Sequence record: DRR723986_1300
Reading direction: 5' to 3' (one strand)
Length of the DNA: 64,000 nt
In this document: in pieces, positions 19,029 to 28,817 of the stretch
How the letters are laid out: every line of letters begins with the position of its first letter
Numbering within the stretch: the first letter of the stretch is position 1
Program-made: the position numbers and the translations under genes
The notes under the pieces: model-generated
What the model saw: the letters and a program-made list of their open reading frames with translations, nothing else
Database searches by the model: none
What the model was told of the DNA's origin: nothing

Positions 19029-20017
19029 TAAAAGGCGGTATCGAGGATAACGCCGACCAGGAAGAGGCTGGTGAAGTTGCGGGTCTGGCGAAACGCGTGG
19101 GCCGAAAACCACAGAGGCCATATCTCCTCGGGGTATCCCACTGGCCGGGTTTCCGGTTTGGGCTGGCGGTAAATCCGTGAGAGATCGGCCAGGCGATGGA
19201 CCGTCGCCAGCACCAGCAGCAGGGTCCAGCTGAAGCTGCCGGCAAGGACCAGGCCAATACACAGCAGGTACTGGGCAGCCAGCATAGCCAGGGTAACCCC
19301 GCGCGACAGCCGATCGCCGAGGATCACGGGCAGCGTGTTGACGCCTTTTTCACGGTCCGCCGGCGCCTTGTCGATATGCTTGCCGAATAACACCGTGGTG
19401 GGGCCGAGGGCGAAGACCAGACTGAGCCAGCAGACATCCCAGCTCCAGTACCCGGTAATCACGTAAAAGGTGCCCCCGACCATCAGCGGTCCCCACACCA
19501 GCAGGACCGCGGGTTCTCCCAGGCCGTAATATTTCAGCGGCCAGGTGTAGAACAGAACGAAGAACGCGCCGGCCAGCATCAGGTTGGCGGTTTCGCCGCT
19601 GCGCTCGAACACCAGCCAGCCGCCCAGAGCCAGGGCGACCCCGCCGGTCAGCCCCAGATAGCGCCAGAACTGGCGCATGTCCATCAGGCCGTCCTCCAGC
19701 ACATGGACGCCATACTGGTTGCGGTAGTAGTTGTTGCGGTCGATGCCCCGCCGGCTGTCGGTCAGGTCGTTGAGCAGGTTATTGGTGGCATGGGCGAACA
19801 TCAGGCCCAGGGTAGTGAGCAGCCAGAGCTGCCAGTCGAAGCTGCCAGCCCGCCAGGCCATCAGGCCACCGAGTGCGGCTGCGGTGAAAGTCATGAACAG
19901 CACCGACGCCCTGCAGGCAATGAGCCAGCGTGCTACCGGGTCCAGTGCATTCCATTGCTCGGCATCGAGTTTGGGCATCCGGTCCAGGGCTCTGGCCCAC
20001 ATGGCAACATTGATCAT
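19025..20017 (-). CDS. menA: UbiA-family prenyltransferase, MenA-like (1,4-dihydroxy-2-naphthoate octaprenyltransferase)
   Basis: NLLNDLTD..RGID, YT.PLKYYGLGE and D...DREKGVNTLPV; multiple TM helices. Confidence 0.72.
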   Translation of the reverse strand: MINVAMWARALDRMPKLDAEQWNALDPVARWLIACRASVLFMTFTAAALGGLMAWRAGSFDWQLWLLTTLGLMFAHATNNLLNDLTDSRRGIDRNNYYRNQYGVHVLEDGLMDMRQFWRYLGLTGGVALALGGWLVFERSGETANLMLAGAFFVLFYTWPLKYYGLGEPAVLLVWGPLMVGGTFYVITGYWSWDVCWLSLVFALGPTTVLFGKHIDKAPADREKGVNTLPVILGDRLSRGVTLAMLAAQYLLCIGLVLAGSFSWTLLLVLATVHRLADLSRIYRQPKPETRPVGYPEEIWPLWFSAHAFRQTRNFTSLFLVGVILDTAFY

Positions 20018-20125
20018 GACGTTCTGTTGTTCCGCTTGGTTGAAAGGACGCGTCGCTGTTAGCTGCGGCGACTCGCCGATGGTAAGGTTAGCGGCGACTA
20101 ATTACCATGCGACAGGGGAATCACG

Positions 20126-21568
20126 ATGATGCGTTGCCTGTGGGGCGTAGCGCTTTTGTCCAGCTTGCTGCTGAGTTCGGTGGCCTCGGCTGCCGGCGAG
20201 ACGCAGATGCTGGATTACCTCGATCAATCCTCTGAGCGTTACGCCAGCCTGGCGCGGACAATCTGGGATAAGGCCGAACTGGGTTATCTCGAAACCGAGA
20301 GCTCGGCCCTGCTGCAAAGCACGCTTAAAGCAGAGGGGTTTGCGGTCGAAGCGGGGGTTGCCGATATTCCAACGGCTTTTGTGGCGAGCTACGGCTCCGG
20401 CAAACCGGTGATCGCGCTGTTGGCGGAATTCGACGCCCTGCCGGGTATTTCCCAGACAGATGCCCCGGAGCGACAGGTGCGTGAAGATCACAATGCCGGC
20501 CATGCCTGCGGTCACCACCTGTTTGGCGCAGGCTCGACCGCCGCGGCGGTCGCGGTCAAGCAGTGGCTGCAGGCCAACGAGGTGCAGGGCACGGTGCGCC
20601 TGTATGGCACACCGGCGGAAGAGGGCGGCTCGGGCAAGGTGTATATGGTGCGCGAGGGCCTGTTCGATGATGTCGATGCGGTCCTGGTCTGGCACCCGGC
20701 GGACCGTAATATGGCCAATCCCGCCACCAGCCTGGCCAACAAGTCGGCCAAGTTCCGCTTCCATGGTGCGTCATCCCATGCCGCTGTTGCGCCGGACCGC
20801 GGGCGCTCGGCACTGGACGGGGTCGAGGCGATGAATTTCATGGTTAATATGCTGCGCGAGCACGTGCCCCAGGAATCCCGGATCCACTACGTGATAACCA
20901 GTGGCGGCTCTGCGCCGAACGTGGTGCCTGACTTCGCCGAGGTGTTCTATTACGTGCGTCATCCGCAGGCGGAGACCTTGAAGGGTATCTGGGAGCGGGT
21001 GATGGCCGCCGCCGAGGGGGCTGCCGCCGGGACCGGTACCCGCCTCGAGGCCGAGGTGATTCACGGCAACCACAGCCTGCTGCCCAACGAAACCCTGGCG
21101 GCGGCAGTCCACGCCAAGCTGACCCGGGTCGGTGGGGTGCGCTATGACGCCCGGGAGCGGGCCTTCGCCGAACAGATCAGCGCCACCCTGGACCTGAAGG
21201 ACGACCTGAGTGGGATGGAACAGGTGATCCAGCCTGCAAGCTTTTACCAGGGCATGGGTTCGACCGATGTCGGAGACGTCAGCTGGCGGGTGCCCACGGT
21301 TGAGATGCGCGCCGCCACCTGGGTGCCGGGCACCAGCCCGCACACCTGGCAGGCGATTGCCGCTGGCGGAACCTCCATCGGTACCAAGGGTATGCTGGTC
21401 GCAGCCAAGACCCTGGCCCTGACCGCGGCGGACCTGTTCCAGCAGCCGGCGCTGCTGCAGGCAGCGTGGGATGAGTACCAAAAGCGCATTGGCCCTGATT
21501 TCCAGTACGAGGCGCTGCTGGGAGACAGGGCGCCGCCGCTGGACTACAGACTTTCAAGCAAACCATAG
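20126..21568 (+). CDS. M20 amidohydrolase (AbgB-like) with signal peptide
   Basis: AEFDALPG, GHACGHH, GTPAEEGG, WHP and GSTDVGDVSW. Confidence 0.88.
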   Translation: MMRCLWGVALLSSLLLSSVASAAGETQMLDYLDQSSERYASLARTIWDKAELGYLETESSALLQSTLKAEGFAVEAGVADIPTAFVASYGSGKPVIALLAEFDALPGISQTDAPERQVREDHNAGHACGHHLFGAGSTAAAVAVKQWLQANEVQGTVRLYGTPAEEGGSGKVYMVREGLFDDVDAVLVWHPADRNMANPATSLANKSAKFRFHGASSHAAVAPDRGRSALDGVEAMNFMVNMLREHVPQESRIHYVITSGGSAPNVVPDFAEVFYYVRHPQAETLKGIWERVMAAAEGAAAGTGTRLEAEVIHGNHSLLPNETLAAAVHAKLTRVGGVRYDARERAFAEQISATLDLKDDLSGMEQVIQPASFYQGMGSTDVGDVSWRVPTVEMRAATWVPGTSPHTWQAIAAGGTSIGTKGMLVAAKTLALTAADLFQQPALLQAAWDEYQKRIGPDFQYEALLGDRAPPLDYRLSSKP

Positions 21569-21580
21569 ATCGGAGCAAAT

Positions 21581-22381
21581 ATGAGCGTACTGGATAAATT
21601 TCGCCTGGACGGCAAAGTCGCCGTCATTACCGGTGGTGGCAAGGGTATCGGCGCGGCGATCGCACGCACGTTTGCCGAGGCGGGAGCGGACGTGGTGATC
21701 GGAGCCCGCACCATGGCGGACCTCGAGGCGGTTGCCGCGGACGTCACGGCCCTGGGTCGGCGTGCGGTGATGGTGCCTACCGACGTGCTGCAGTTTGATC
21801 AGTTGCAGACCCTGGTAGACCGCGCAATGGCCGAACTGGGCAGGATCGATATCCTGGTCAACAACGCCGGCGGCTTCCCGCCCCGGCCGGCAGCGCAAAC
21901 CAGCGCCCAGGACTTCGAGAATGCGATGCGCTTCAACGTGACCACCGCCTTTGAGTTGTCTCGCCTCTGTGTGCCGCTGATGACCCGGGACGGTGGCGAC
22001 GGGGTGGTACTGAACATCTCCTCGATAGCCGGGCATAAACCGGCACCGTGCTTTGCCGCTTACGGCACCGCGAAGAGCGCCCTGTCGTTCCTGACCCAGG
22101 AACTGGCCCAGGAGTACGCGCCGCGGGTACGGGTGAACGCGATTGCCGTGGGTTCCACCAAGACTGACGCTCTCAACACCGTGCTGACCGATGAAATCGA
22201 ACAGACCATGGTCGAGCTCACGCCGATGGCGCGCCTGGGCGAGGTTGAGGATATTGCCCTGGGTGCGCTGTATCTTTGCTCCCCTGCCGGGAGCTACGTG
22301 ACCGGAGAAATTCTCGGCGTCAACGGCGGCATGGAGCGGCTCAATATGCAGATGCCGCGCGCATTCGGCGGTGTCGGCTAG
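21581..22381 (+). CDS. SDR oxidoreductase (7-alpha-HSDH-like)
   Basis: TGGGKGIG, NNAGG, YGTAK and RVNAIAVG. Confidence 0.88.
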   Translation: MSVLDKFRLDGKVAVITGGGKGIGAAIARTFAEAGADVVIGARTMADLEAVAADVTALGRRAVMVPTDVLQFDQLQTLVDRAMAELGRIDILVNNAGGFPPRPAAQTSAQDFENAMRFNVTTAFELSRLCVPLMTRDGGDGVVLNISSIAGHKPAPCFAAYGTAKSALSFLTQELAQEYAPRVRVNAIAVGSTKTDALNTVLTDEIEQTMVELTPMARLGEVEDIALGALYLCSPAGSYVTGEILGVNGGMERLNMQMPRAFGGVG

Positions 22382-23019
22382 GCCTCTGGCGCGTCGGGCT
22401 GGTTCGCGGGGTGGGCCTGGCTGAAGGCCGCAAGGCTATTGCAGTGGGCATATATGCTGCGCAAGGCGGGGAAGGGTTCCAGGTCGACCTTGAAGCGGAT
22501 TGCGTTGAACATCTGCGGTATCAGCAGGCAGTCGGCAAGCCCGGGCCGTTCACCATAACAGCACTGGCCCCCGCCCTCGCGAACCTGCTGCTCCACTGCC
22601 CTGAATCCGCGGTGCATCCAGTGGCTGTACCAGCGCTGGACCGCAGCATCATCTGCCGCCAGGTCATCCTTCAAATACTGGGTGACACTCAGGTTGTTCA
22701 GGGGATGCACGTCACAGGCGATGTGGTTGCACAGGCTGCGTACCCGGGCCCGGGACAGGGGGTCATCGGGTAACAGGGCGGGATCGGGTCGGGTTTCCTC
22801 CAGCCATTCCAGGATCGCCATGGACTGGGCGATGACCGAGCCGTCCTCCAGCTCCAGGGCCGGCACCAGGCCCTGTGGATTACGGGCGAGGTAGCCTGTG
22901 CTGTGCTGCTGCGATTCGAGCAGGTTGACCGCCGCGGTCTGGTACGCGATGCCCTTGAGCGCGAGCGCTATGCGGACGCGGTAAGTCGCGGATGAACGGT
23001 AGTAGCCGTGCAGTATCAT
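22378..23019 (-). CDS. maiA: Maleylacetoacetate isomerase (zeta-class GST)
   Basis: L.GYYRSSATYRVRIAL.LKG, NPQGLVP, IACDVHPLNNL and ADCLLIPQ. Start trimmed to ATG 23019. Confidence 0.9.
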   Translation of the reverse strand: MILHGYYRSSATYRVRIALALKGIAYQTAAVNLLESQQHSTGYLARNPQGLVPALELEDGSVIAQSMAILEWLEETRPDPALLPDDPLSRARVRSLCNHIACDVHPLNNLSVTQYLKDDLAADDAAVQRWYSHWMHRGFRAVEQQVREGGGQCCYGERPGLADCLLIPQMFNAIRFKVDLEPFPALRSIYAHCNSLAAFSQAHPANQPDAPEA

Positions 23020-23201
23020 GGCCTGATCATGCCAGAGCCGGCCGTCTCTGCAAGCATTAATGGAACGCGGTTCAGGAGTCTGGCTGCTGCCCGGGCAATC
23101 CATCGCCAACAACCCTGCTTGCCGGGCAGGACATTGCTATCCGGGTGCCGCTATACTTAAAATTTGGTTTTCATACCCAAAAGTCAAATCAGGAGACGCG
23201 A

Positions 23202-24374
23202 ATGAGCCTCACCTTCGACAGCGCGCGCTTGCCGAACCCGCACATCACGGAGGACCACGAGGCTTGGCGGACCCAGCTGCGCCGCTTTGTCGATGCTGAA
23301 ATCATGCCCTACGCCGAGGACTGGGACGAGCAGGGTCATATCCCCATCGAGCTGTGGCCAAAGGCGGCGCAGGTTGGCCTGCTGGGTCTGGGTTATCCCG
23401 AGGAATACGGCGGCACCAGGGAAGGTATCGACTCCTGGCACAACTGGATTGCCAACGAGGAGCTGGCGCGGATCGGGGCGGGCGGCATTCCCGCCAGCCT
23501 GATGGTGCATGGCATTGGCCTGCCCCCGGTCATCAACTGGGGCTCGGAGGCGATGAAACAGCAGGTCGCCCCGCCGGTACTGGCGGGAGAGAAGCATATA
23601 TCCCTGGGGATCACCGAGCCCGGGGGCGGCTCTGACGTGGCAAACCTGGCTACTACGGCGGTCAGGGATGGCGATCACTACGTGGTTAACGGCTCAAAGA
23701 CTTACATCACTGGCGGAATGCGTGCCAACTGGGTATCCACCGCGGTGCGCACCGGTGGTGAAGGCCCCGGCGGCGTCTCCATGCTGCTGATTCCCACTGA
23801 CGCTGAGGGTTTCTCCCGCACCGCGCTGGACCGCAAGCAGGGCTGGTGGGCTTCCGACACCGCGACCTTGTATTTCGACAATGTCCGGGTGCCGGTGGAA
23901 AACCTGATCGGTGAGGAAAATCGCGGATTCCTGGTGATCATGACCAACTTCAACGGCGAGCGGATGGCGATGGCCGCGGGCATGGAAGCGATGGGCCGGG
24001 TCTGCCTCGAAGAGGCCGTGGCCTGGGCGCAGGAGCGCCGTACCTTCGGCAAGCGGCTGGCGGACCACCAGGTGATCCGGCACAAAATCGCGCAGATGAA
24101 GCAGAAACTGAATGCGACCCAGGCCTATGTGCGGGCCTGTTACGAAACCATCGAGGCCGGCAACCCGAACCCCGGCGACATCGCCATGCTCAAGGTGCAG
24201 GCCAGCGAAACCGTGGAGTTCTGCGCCCGGGAAGCGATGCAGATTCTGGGCGGCATCGGCTATATGCGCGGCAGCCGGGTGGAGCGCATTTATCGGGAAG
24301 TGCGGGTTAACGCGATTGGCGGCGGCTCGGAAGAAATCATGCGCGACCTCGCCAGTCGCCAGTATGGAGTATGA
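23202..24374 (+). CDS. Acyl-CoA dehydrogenase
   Basis: ITEPGGGSDVA, NGSKTYIT, R.TFGK and IGGGSEEIM. AGGAG RBS before ATG 23202. Confidence 0.93.
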   Translation: MSLTFDSARLPNPHITEDHEAWRTQLRRFVDAEIMPYAEDWDEQGHIPIELWPKAAQVGLLGLGYPEEYGGTREGIDSWHNWIANEELARIGAGGIPASLMVHGIGLPPVINWGSEAMKQQVAPPVLAGEKHISLGITEPGGGSDVANLATTAVRDGDHYVVNGSKTYITGGMRANWVSTAVRTGGEGPGGVSMLLIPTDAEGFSRTALDRKQGWWASDTATLYFDNVRVPVENLIGEENRGFLVIMTNFNGERMAMAAGMEAMGRVCLEEAVAWAQERRTFGKRLADHQVIRHKIAQMKQKLNATQAYVRACYETIEAGNPNPGDIAMLKVQASETVEFCAREAMQILGGIGYMRGSRVERIYREVRVNAIGGGSEEIMRDLASRQYGV

Positions 24375-25012
24375 CAATGAAGCTTTGGCACTGTAACGGC
24401 GCGCGTTCGCTGCGGCCCCTGTGGGCCATGGAAGAAATGGGCCTGGACTACGAACTCGAGGTGATGCCCTTTCCACCGCGCCTGTTCCAGCCGGACTACC
24501 TGCAGGAGAATGTGCTGGGCACCATCCCGTTCTTCCGCGATGGCGAGGTCACCATGACCGAGTCCTCCGCTATCTGCCAGTATCTGGTTGATCGTTACCA
24601 GCAGTGGGATTTCGGTCTGCGCCCCGATCATCCGGACTACGGGGACTACCTGAACTGGCTGCACCACGCCGACGCGACCCTGACCTTTCCGCAGACTATC
24701 ACCATGCGCTATTACTACCTCGAGCCCAGTGAGACCAAGCAGCAGGTAGCCGATGATTATGCGCGCTGGTTTATCGCCCGGCTGCGGCGCCTGGATGCTC
24801 ACCTGGAAACGCATGAGTACCTGGTGGACAAGCGCTTCACGGTGGCGGATATCGCGGTTGGCTATGCGCTGTTCCTGGCCAGTACCCTGCAGCTCGACGA
24901 GCGCTTCAAACCACAGACCCGGGCCTACCTGGAGCGCCTGCTGGCGCGACCGGCCTTCGCCAGGGCCAATGCGCACGGCGAGGCCCTGGTGCTGCCGCCC
25001 CGCACTGCCTGA
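24371..25012 (+). CDS. Glutathione S-transferase family protein
   Basis: ARSLRPLWAMEEMG, ESSAICQYL and FTVADIAVGY. Overlaps the upstream stop. Confidence 0.9.
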   Translation: MTMKLWHCNGARSLRPLWAMEEMGLDYELEVMPFPPRLFQPDYLQENVLGTIPFFRDGEVTMTESSAICQYLVDRYQQWDFGLRPDHPDYGDYLNWLHHADATLTFPQTITMRYYYLEPSETKQQVADDYARWFIARLRRLDAHLETHEYLVDKRFTVADIAVGYALFLASTLQLDERFKPQTRAYLERLLARPAFARANAHGEALVLPPRTA

Positions 25013-25042
25013 GCATCCATTGACCGTTACGGAGAGCATGTC

Positions 25043-26245
25043 ATGAGCGTGTCCGAACAGGAATTGAACGACTTTCGCAGCCAGGTGTCCGCCTGGTTGC
25101 TCGATAACAAGCCCGCCGACCCCGGGTTCCTGCTGCCCCAGTCATTCATGGAGGTTGGCAGTGACCAGCAACTGGACTTCCTGCGCGAGTGGCAGCACAA
25201 GGTCTGGTCCGCAGGTTACCTCGGGATGCACTGGCCCAAGGCCTATGGCGGTGCCGGCGCGGACCCGGTGTTCCAGGGCATTGTCGACCAGGAGATGCGC
25301 CGCCATGCCGTGCCGATCTGCTTCAACGTGATCGGCCTGGGCTGGGCCGGGCCGCTGATCAATGACATCGGCAGCGAGCAGGAGAAACAGAAATACCTCA
25401 AGGGCATTCTCAGTGGCGAGGATATCTGGTGCCAGGGATTCTCCGAGCCTGACCACGGCTCTGACCTGGGCAACGCCCAGACCCGGGCAGTGCGTGACGG
25501 CGACGACTACGTGATCAACGGCTCCAAGATCTGGACCACCATGGGCAACTATGCGAAGTACATGATCCTGCTGGCGCGTACCAATCCGCACACCGAGCGC
25601 AAGTACGACGGCCTGTCGTTCTTCCTGTCGCCGATGGATGTGCCGGGTATCGAGACCCGCCCCATTCGCAAGATCACCGGCGAGTACGGGTTCACGGAAA
25701 CCTTCTTCACCGACGCCCGCATTCCCGCGGACTGCATCATGGGCGAGGAAGGGCAGGGCTGGAAAATTGCCATGCAGACCTTGCAATACGAGCGCGGTGC
25801 CGAGGCAGGTGCCGCCGGCGGCCTGGCCTTCGTGCGTATTGTGATCGACGATATGATCGAGCAATTGCACGATGTGCGCCGGGATGGCCGGCCGGTGCTG
25901 CAAGATCCGGTCATGCGCGATCGCCTGGTGCAGTTGATCATGGAAGAAAAGGCCATCAGCCTTGGCGACCGGCGTTCCGCCATCAGCGCGCTGAGCAGTG
26001 ACTATCCGTTCTCGCTGCAGCTGTCCAACAAGCTGCGCTCCACCGAGTACACGCGGCGGATGCGCCAGTTCGCCGTTAACCTGCAGGGTGCCAGCGGCGG
26101 CCTGTACGTGGGTGATGACGAGGCCCGCCAGGGAGGATTCTGGCAGCGCGCCTATTTCAACAGTTTTTCCGCCACCATCGGCGGAGGCACCAGCCAGGTG
26201 CAGGCCAACATCATTGCCGAGCACGTGCTCGGCCTGCCGAAGTGA
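25043..26245 (+). CDS. Acyl-CoA dehydrogenase (probable large subunit of a heteromeric pair)
   Basis: WCQGFSEPDHGSDL, NGSKIWT and TIGGGTSQVQANIIAEHVLGLPK. Confidence 0.9.
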   Translation: MSVSEQELNDFRSQVSAWLLDNKPADPGFLLPQSFMEVGSDQQLDFLREWQHKVWSAGYLGMHWPKAYGGAGADPVFQGIVDQEMRRHAVPICFNVIGLGWAGPLINDIGSEQEKQKYLKGILSGEDIWCQGFSEPDHGSDLGNAQTRAVRDGDDYVINGSKIWTTMGNYAKYMILLARTNPHTERKYDGLSFFLSPMDVPGIETRPIRKITGEYGFTETFFTDARIPADCIMGEEGQGWKIAMQTLQYERGAEAGAAGGLAFVRIVIDDMIEQLHDVRRDGRPVLQDPVMRDRLVQLIMEEKAISLGDRRSAISALSSDYPFSLQLSNKLRSTEYTRRMRQFAVNLQGASGGLYVGDDEARQGGFWQRAYFNSFSATIGGGTSQVQANIIAEHVLGLPK

Positions 26246-26256
26246 GGGCGCGTAGC

Positions 26257-27393
26257 ATGTCAGTTATTGGAAACACCCGTCTGAGCTTCAGCGAAGAGCA
26301 GGCCATGTTGCTGGATGTGGCCCGCGAGTTTTGTCGCGACAAATCCCCGATCGCCAGCGTGCGAGCGGAACTGGAGACCGAAACCGGCTTTGACCGGGGC
26401 GTCTGGGACGAAATGGTCCAGCTTGGCTGGGCGGGCATCGCCCTGCCTGAATCCTGCGGCGGTTCCGGTCTCGGCATTGCCGCAGTGGTGCCTGTGGCGG
26501 AGAGCCTGGGGCGCGCGATGCTTGGTACCCCGCTGCTCAGCACCACACTCGCGGGTCAGCTCGCAGTGCGCTCAGCGGGAGCGGAGCGCTGGGGCGACCT
26601 GCTTGCTGCGCTGGCAGCCGGCGCGCCGGCCACGGTAGGGCTGCTGGAGTCGGCGGACTGGGGCGACCCGGCAATTGGCTGTCGCCTGGACGAGGACGGT
26701 GTCCTCCACGGGTACAAGGACTTTGTTACCGATGCCGGTGTTGCCGAACACTTCCTGGTCACCGCCCTGCGCGGCGCGGAGCCGGTAGTGGTTCACCTGC
26801 GCCGTGAACAGCTGGCGGATGACGCCATTCGGCCGCATACCCTGATCGACCAGACCAAGCGTTCCGCCCGACTGGAGCTAAGCGGGGTTCGGGTCAGTGC
26901 AGACCAGGTACAGGCTGGTGAGTCGGTGGCAACGGCGATTCGCGACCTGCGCCTGCTCGGTGCATTGCTGACCGCGGCTGAGGCCACCGGCAGTGCGGCA
27001 GCCTGCCTCGACACGGTGGTGGCGTACCTGAACACCCGCAAGCAGTTCGGCAAGCTGATCGGTTCCTACCAGGCCCTGAAGCACCCGACGGTCGATATCC
27101 TGACCAGCGTCGATTCAGCCCGTTCTTTCATCTACCACGCGGCCACCCTGGTTGGTGATGGCCCGCTGGATCGTGACACCCAGATTGCCTGTCGCATGGC
27201 CAAGGCCCAGGCCACGGAGACCCTGCTCTATGCCGCGGACCGGGCGGTGCAGTTTCACGGTGGCATGGGTTTTACCTACGAATGTGATGCCCAGCTCTAT
27301 ATCCGCCGCGCCCAGTGGAGCCAGCAGCAGTTCGGCGACGCGCAACACCACCGTACGGCCCTGGCTGTCCTGCTGCTGGATCCGCCGGAGTGA
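26257..27393 (+). CDS. Acyl-CoA dehydrogenase (probable small subunit of a heteromeric pair)
   Basis: SEEQAMLLDVAREF, RKQFGKLIGSYQALKH and QFHGGMGFTYE. Confidence 0.88.
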   Translation: MSVIGNTRLSFSEEQAMLLDVAREFCRDKSPIASVRAELETETGFDRGVWDEMVQLGWAGIALPESCGGSGLGIAAVVPVAESLGRAMLGTPLLSTTLAGQLAVRSAGAERWGDLLAALAAGAPATVGLLESADWGDPAIGCRLDEDGVLHGYKDFVTDAGVAEHFLVTALRGAEPVVVHLRREQLADDAIRPHTLIDQTKRSARLELSGVRVSADQVQAGESVATAIRDLRLLGALLTAAEATGSAAACLDTVVAYLNTRKQFGKLIGSYQALKHPTVDILTSVDSARSFIYHAATLVGDGPLDRDTQIACRMAKAQATETLLYAADRAVQFHGGMGFTYECDAQLYIRRAQWSQQQFGDAQHHRTALAVLLLDPPE

Positions 27394-27431
27394 TTGGCGT
27401 CCGGTAGCGGCAGCCGGGCGTATAAGCAGGC

Positions 27432-28817
27432 GTGACCAAGAAGAGCTCGACAATGAAGCGCGGTGCCCTCGGGCGCAGCCTGGCGGTGTCCGTGGCCGGC
27501 CTGCGTGCCGGCGGCGCGTTCGCCCTGGACGGGGCACTGCAGCGCCTGCGGGGCCAGGAGGCCGGTGATTCGCCGTTTATGCGCCGTGAGGCGCGTCGGT
27601 TTGCGGCGGAACTCGGCCGGCTCAAAGGTACCTACGTCAAGATCGGCCAGATGCTGGCCATGCTGGGGGAGCATTTCCTGCCCCCGGTACTCACCGAGGC
27701 CCTGCACGATCTCGAGTCGCAGACTCACCCCCTGCCGTGGACGGATATCGAGCCCGCCTTGCGCGCGAGCCTGGGGGAGCGGCTGGATGAGCTGGTCGTC
27801 GAGCGCAGTGCTATTGCCGCGGCCTCCCTGGCCCAGGTACACCGGGCGACGGTGCGCGCAACGGGTGAGCAGATCTGCCTGAAAATCCAGTATCCCGGTC
27901 TCGCCGGGGTTATTGATGCGGACTTCGACGCGGTAGTACGCATGCTGTTACTGGCGCGCTGGGTTGAGGCGGGCCGGGAACTGGATGACTGGCTGGCCAG
28001 CCTGCGCGAACACCTGCACCATGAAATCGACTATCAGCGCGAGGCGGCCATGGGTGACCAGGTGGCAGGGCTTGTCGCTGACGCTGCGCCGGAGCTGGCG
28101 CGGCAGAACATCCGCTACCACGTGCCGCTGCGCTTTCCGCGGTATTGCACCGGCGAAGTACTGGCTATGGAGTACGTAGAGGGATACCTGGTAACCCGCT
28201 CCGAAGTCGCCGCTCTGCCGCAGGCGCGCCGCAACGCCCTCGGCAAGGCGATGCTGGAACTGTTCTTTCTTGAGTTGTACGACTGGGGCGTGCTGCAAAC
28301 AGATCCCAACTTCGGCAACTATCTGGTGCGCTGTGAGGCGGACGGCGATGAACTGGTGCTGCTGGACTTCGGTTCCACCATGCACTGCGAACAGGAGTTC
28401 CTGATCCATCTGGGCAATGCGATCGCCGCCGGCCAGGCGGAGGACAGGGAACTGCTGGTGACGAGCCTAGTCGGCCTGGGCTGCCTGCGGGATGACAACA
28501 GTGAATCCGCGAAGCGCAGTTTCAGCGACTTCTGCCTGCAACTGCTGGAACCGCTGCGTCCGCCGGAGCACCTGCCGCCGGAGTTTCTCAATGAGCACGG
28601 CGAATACTGCTGGGGCCGCTCGCGGCTGATGCGGCGGGTAGGCAAGCAGGCGGCCGCCTCGGCGGCGACCCGTCATTTCACCGCACCGTCCCGGGAATTT
28701 GCGATGATCGCCCGCAAGCTCACCGGCGTATTTACCTTTATCGCGGTGCTGGATGCGCAATTCAATGCGCATGAACTGGTGCACCGCCATATTGATAACT
28801 GGCTGGAGGACAGCTGA
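27432..28817 (+). CDS. AarF/ABC1/UbiB (COQ8-like) atypical kinase
   Basis: KIGQ, AAASLAQVH, KIQYPG, QTDPNFGNY and LLDFG. Confidence 0.9.
   Translation: MTKKSSTMKRGALGRSLAVSVAGLRAGGAFALDGALQRLRGQEAGDSPFMRREARRFAAELGRLKGTYVKIGQMLAMLGEHFLPPVLTEALHDLESQTHPLPWTDIEPALRASLGERLDELVVERSAIAAASLAQVHRATVRATGEQICLKIQYPGLAGVIDADFDAVVRMLLLARWVEAGRELDDWLASLREHLHHEIDYQREAAMGDQVAGLVADAAPELARQNIRYHVPLRFPRYCTGEVLAMEYVEGYLVTRSEVAALPQARRNALGKAMLELFFLELYDWGVLQTDPNFGNYLVRCEADGDELVLLDFGSTMHCEQEFLIHLGNAIAAGQAEDRELLVTSLVGLGCLRDDNSESAKRSFSDFCLQLLEPLRPPEHLPPEFLNEHGEYCWGRSRLMRRVGKQAAASAATRHFTAPSREFAMIARKLTGVFTFIAVLDAQFNAHELVHRHIDNWLEDS

Noticed and set aside
11356-20017. mtr locus as a recently acquired mobile island
   Set aside because: No integrase, transposase, tRNA or flanking direct repeats seen, and base composition looks similar to the flanks by eye. 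Ancient transfer is not excluded.
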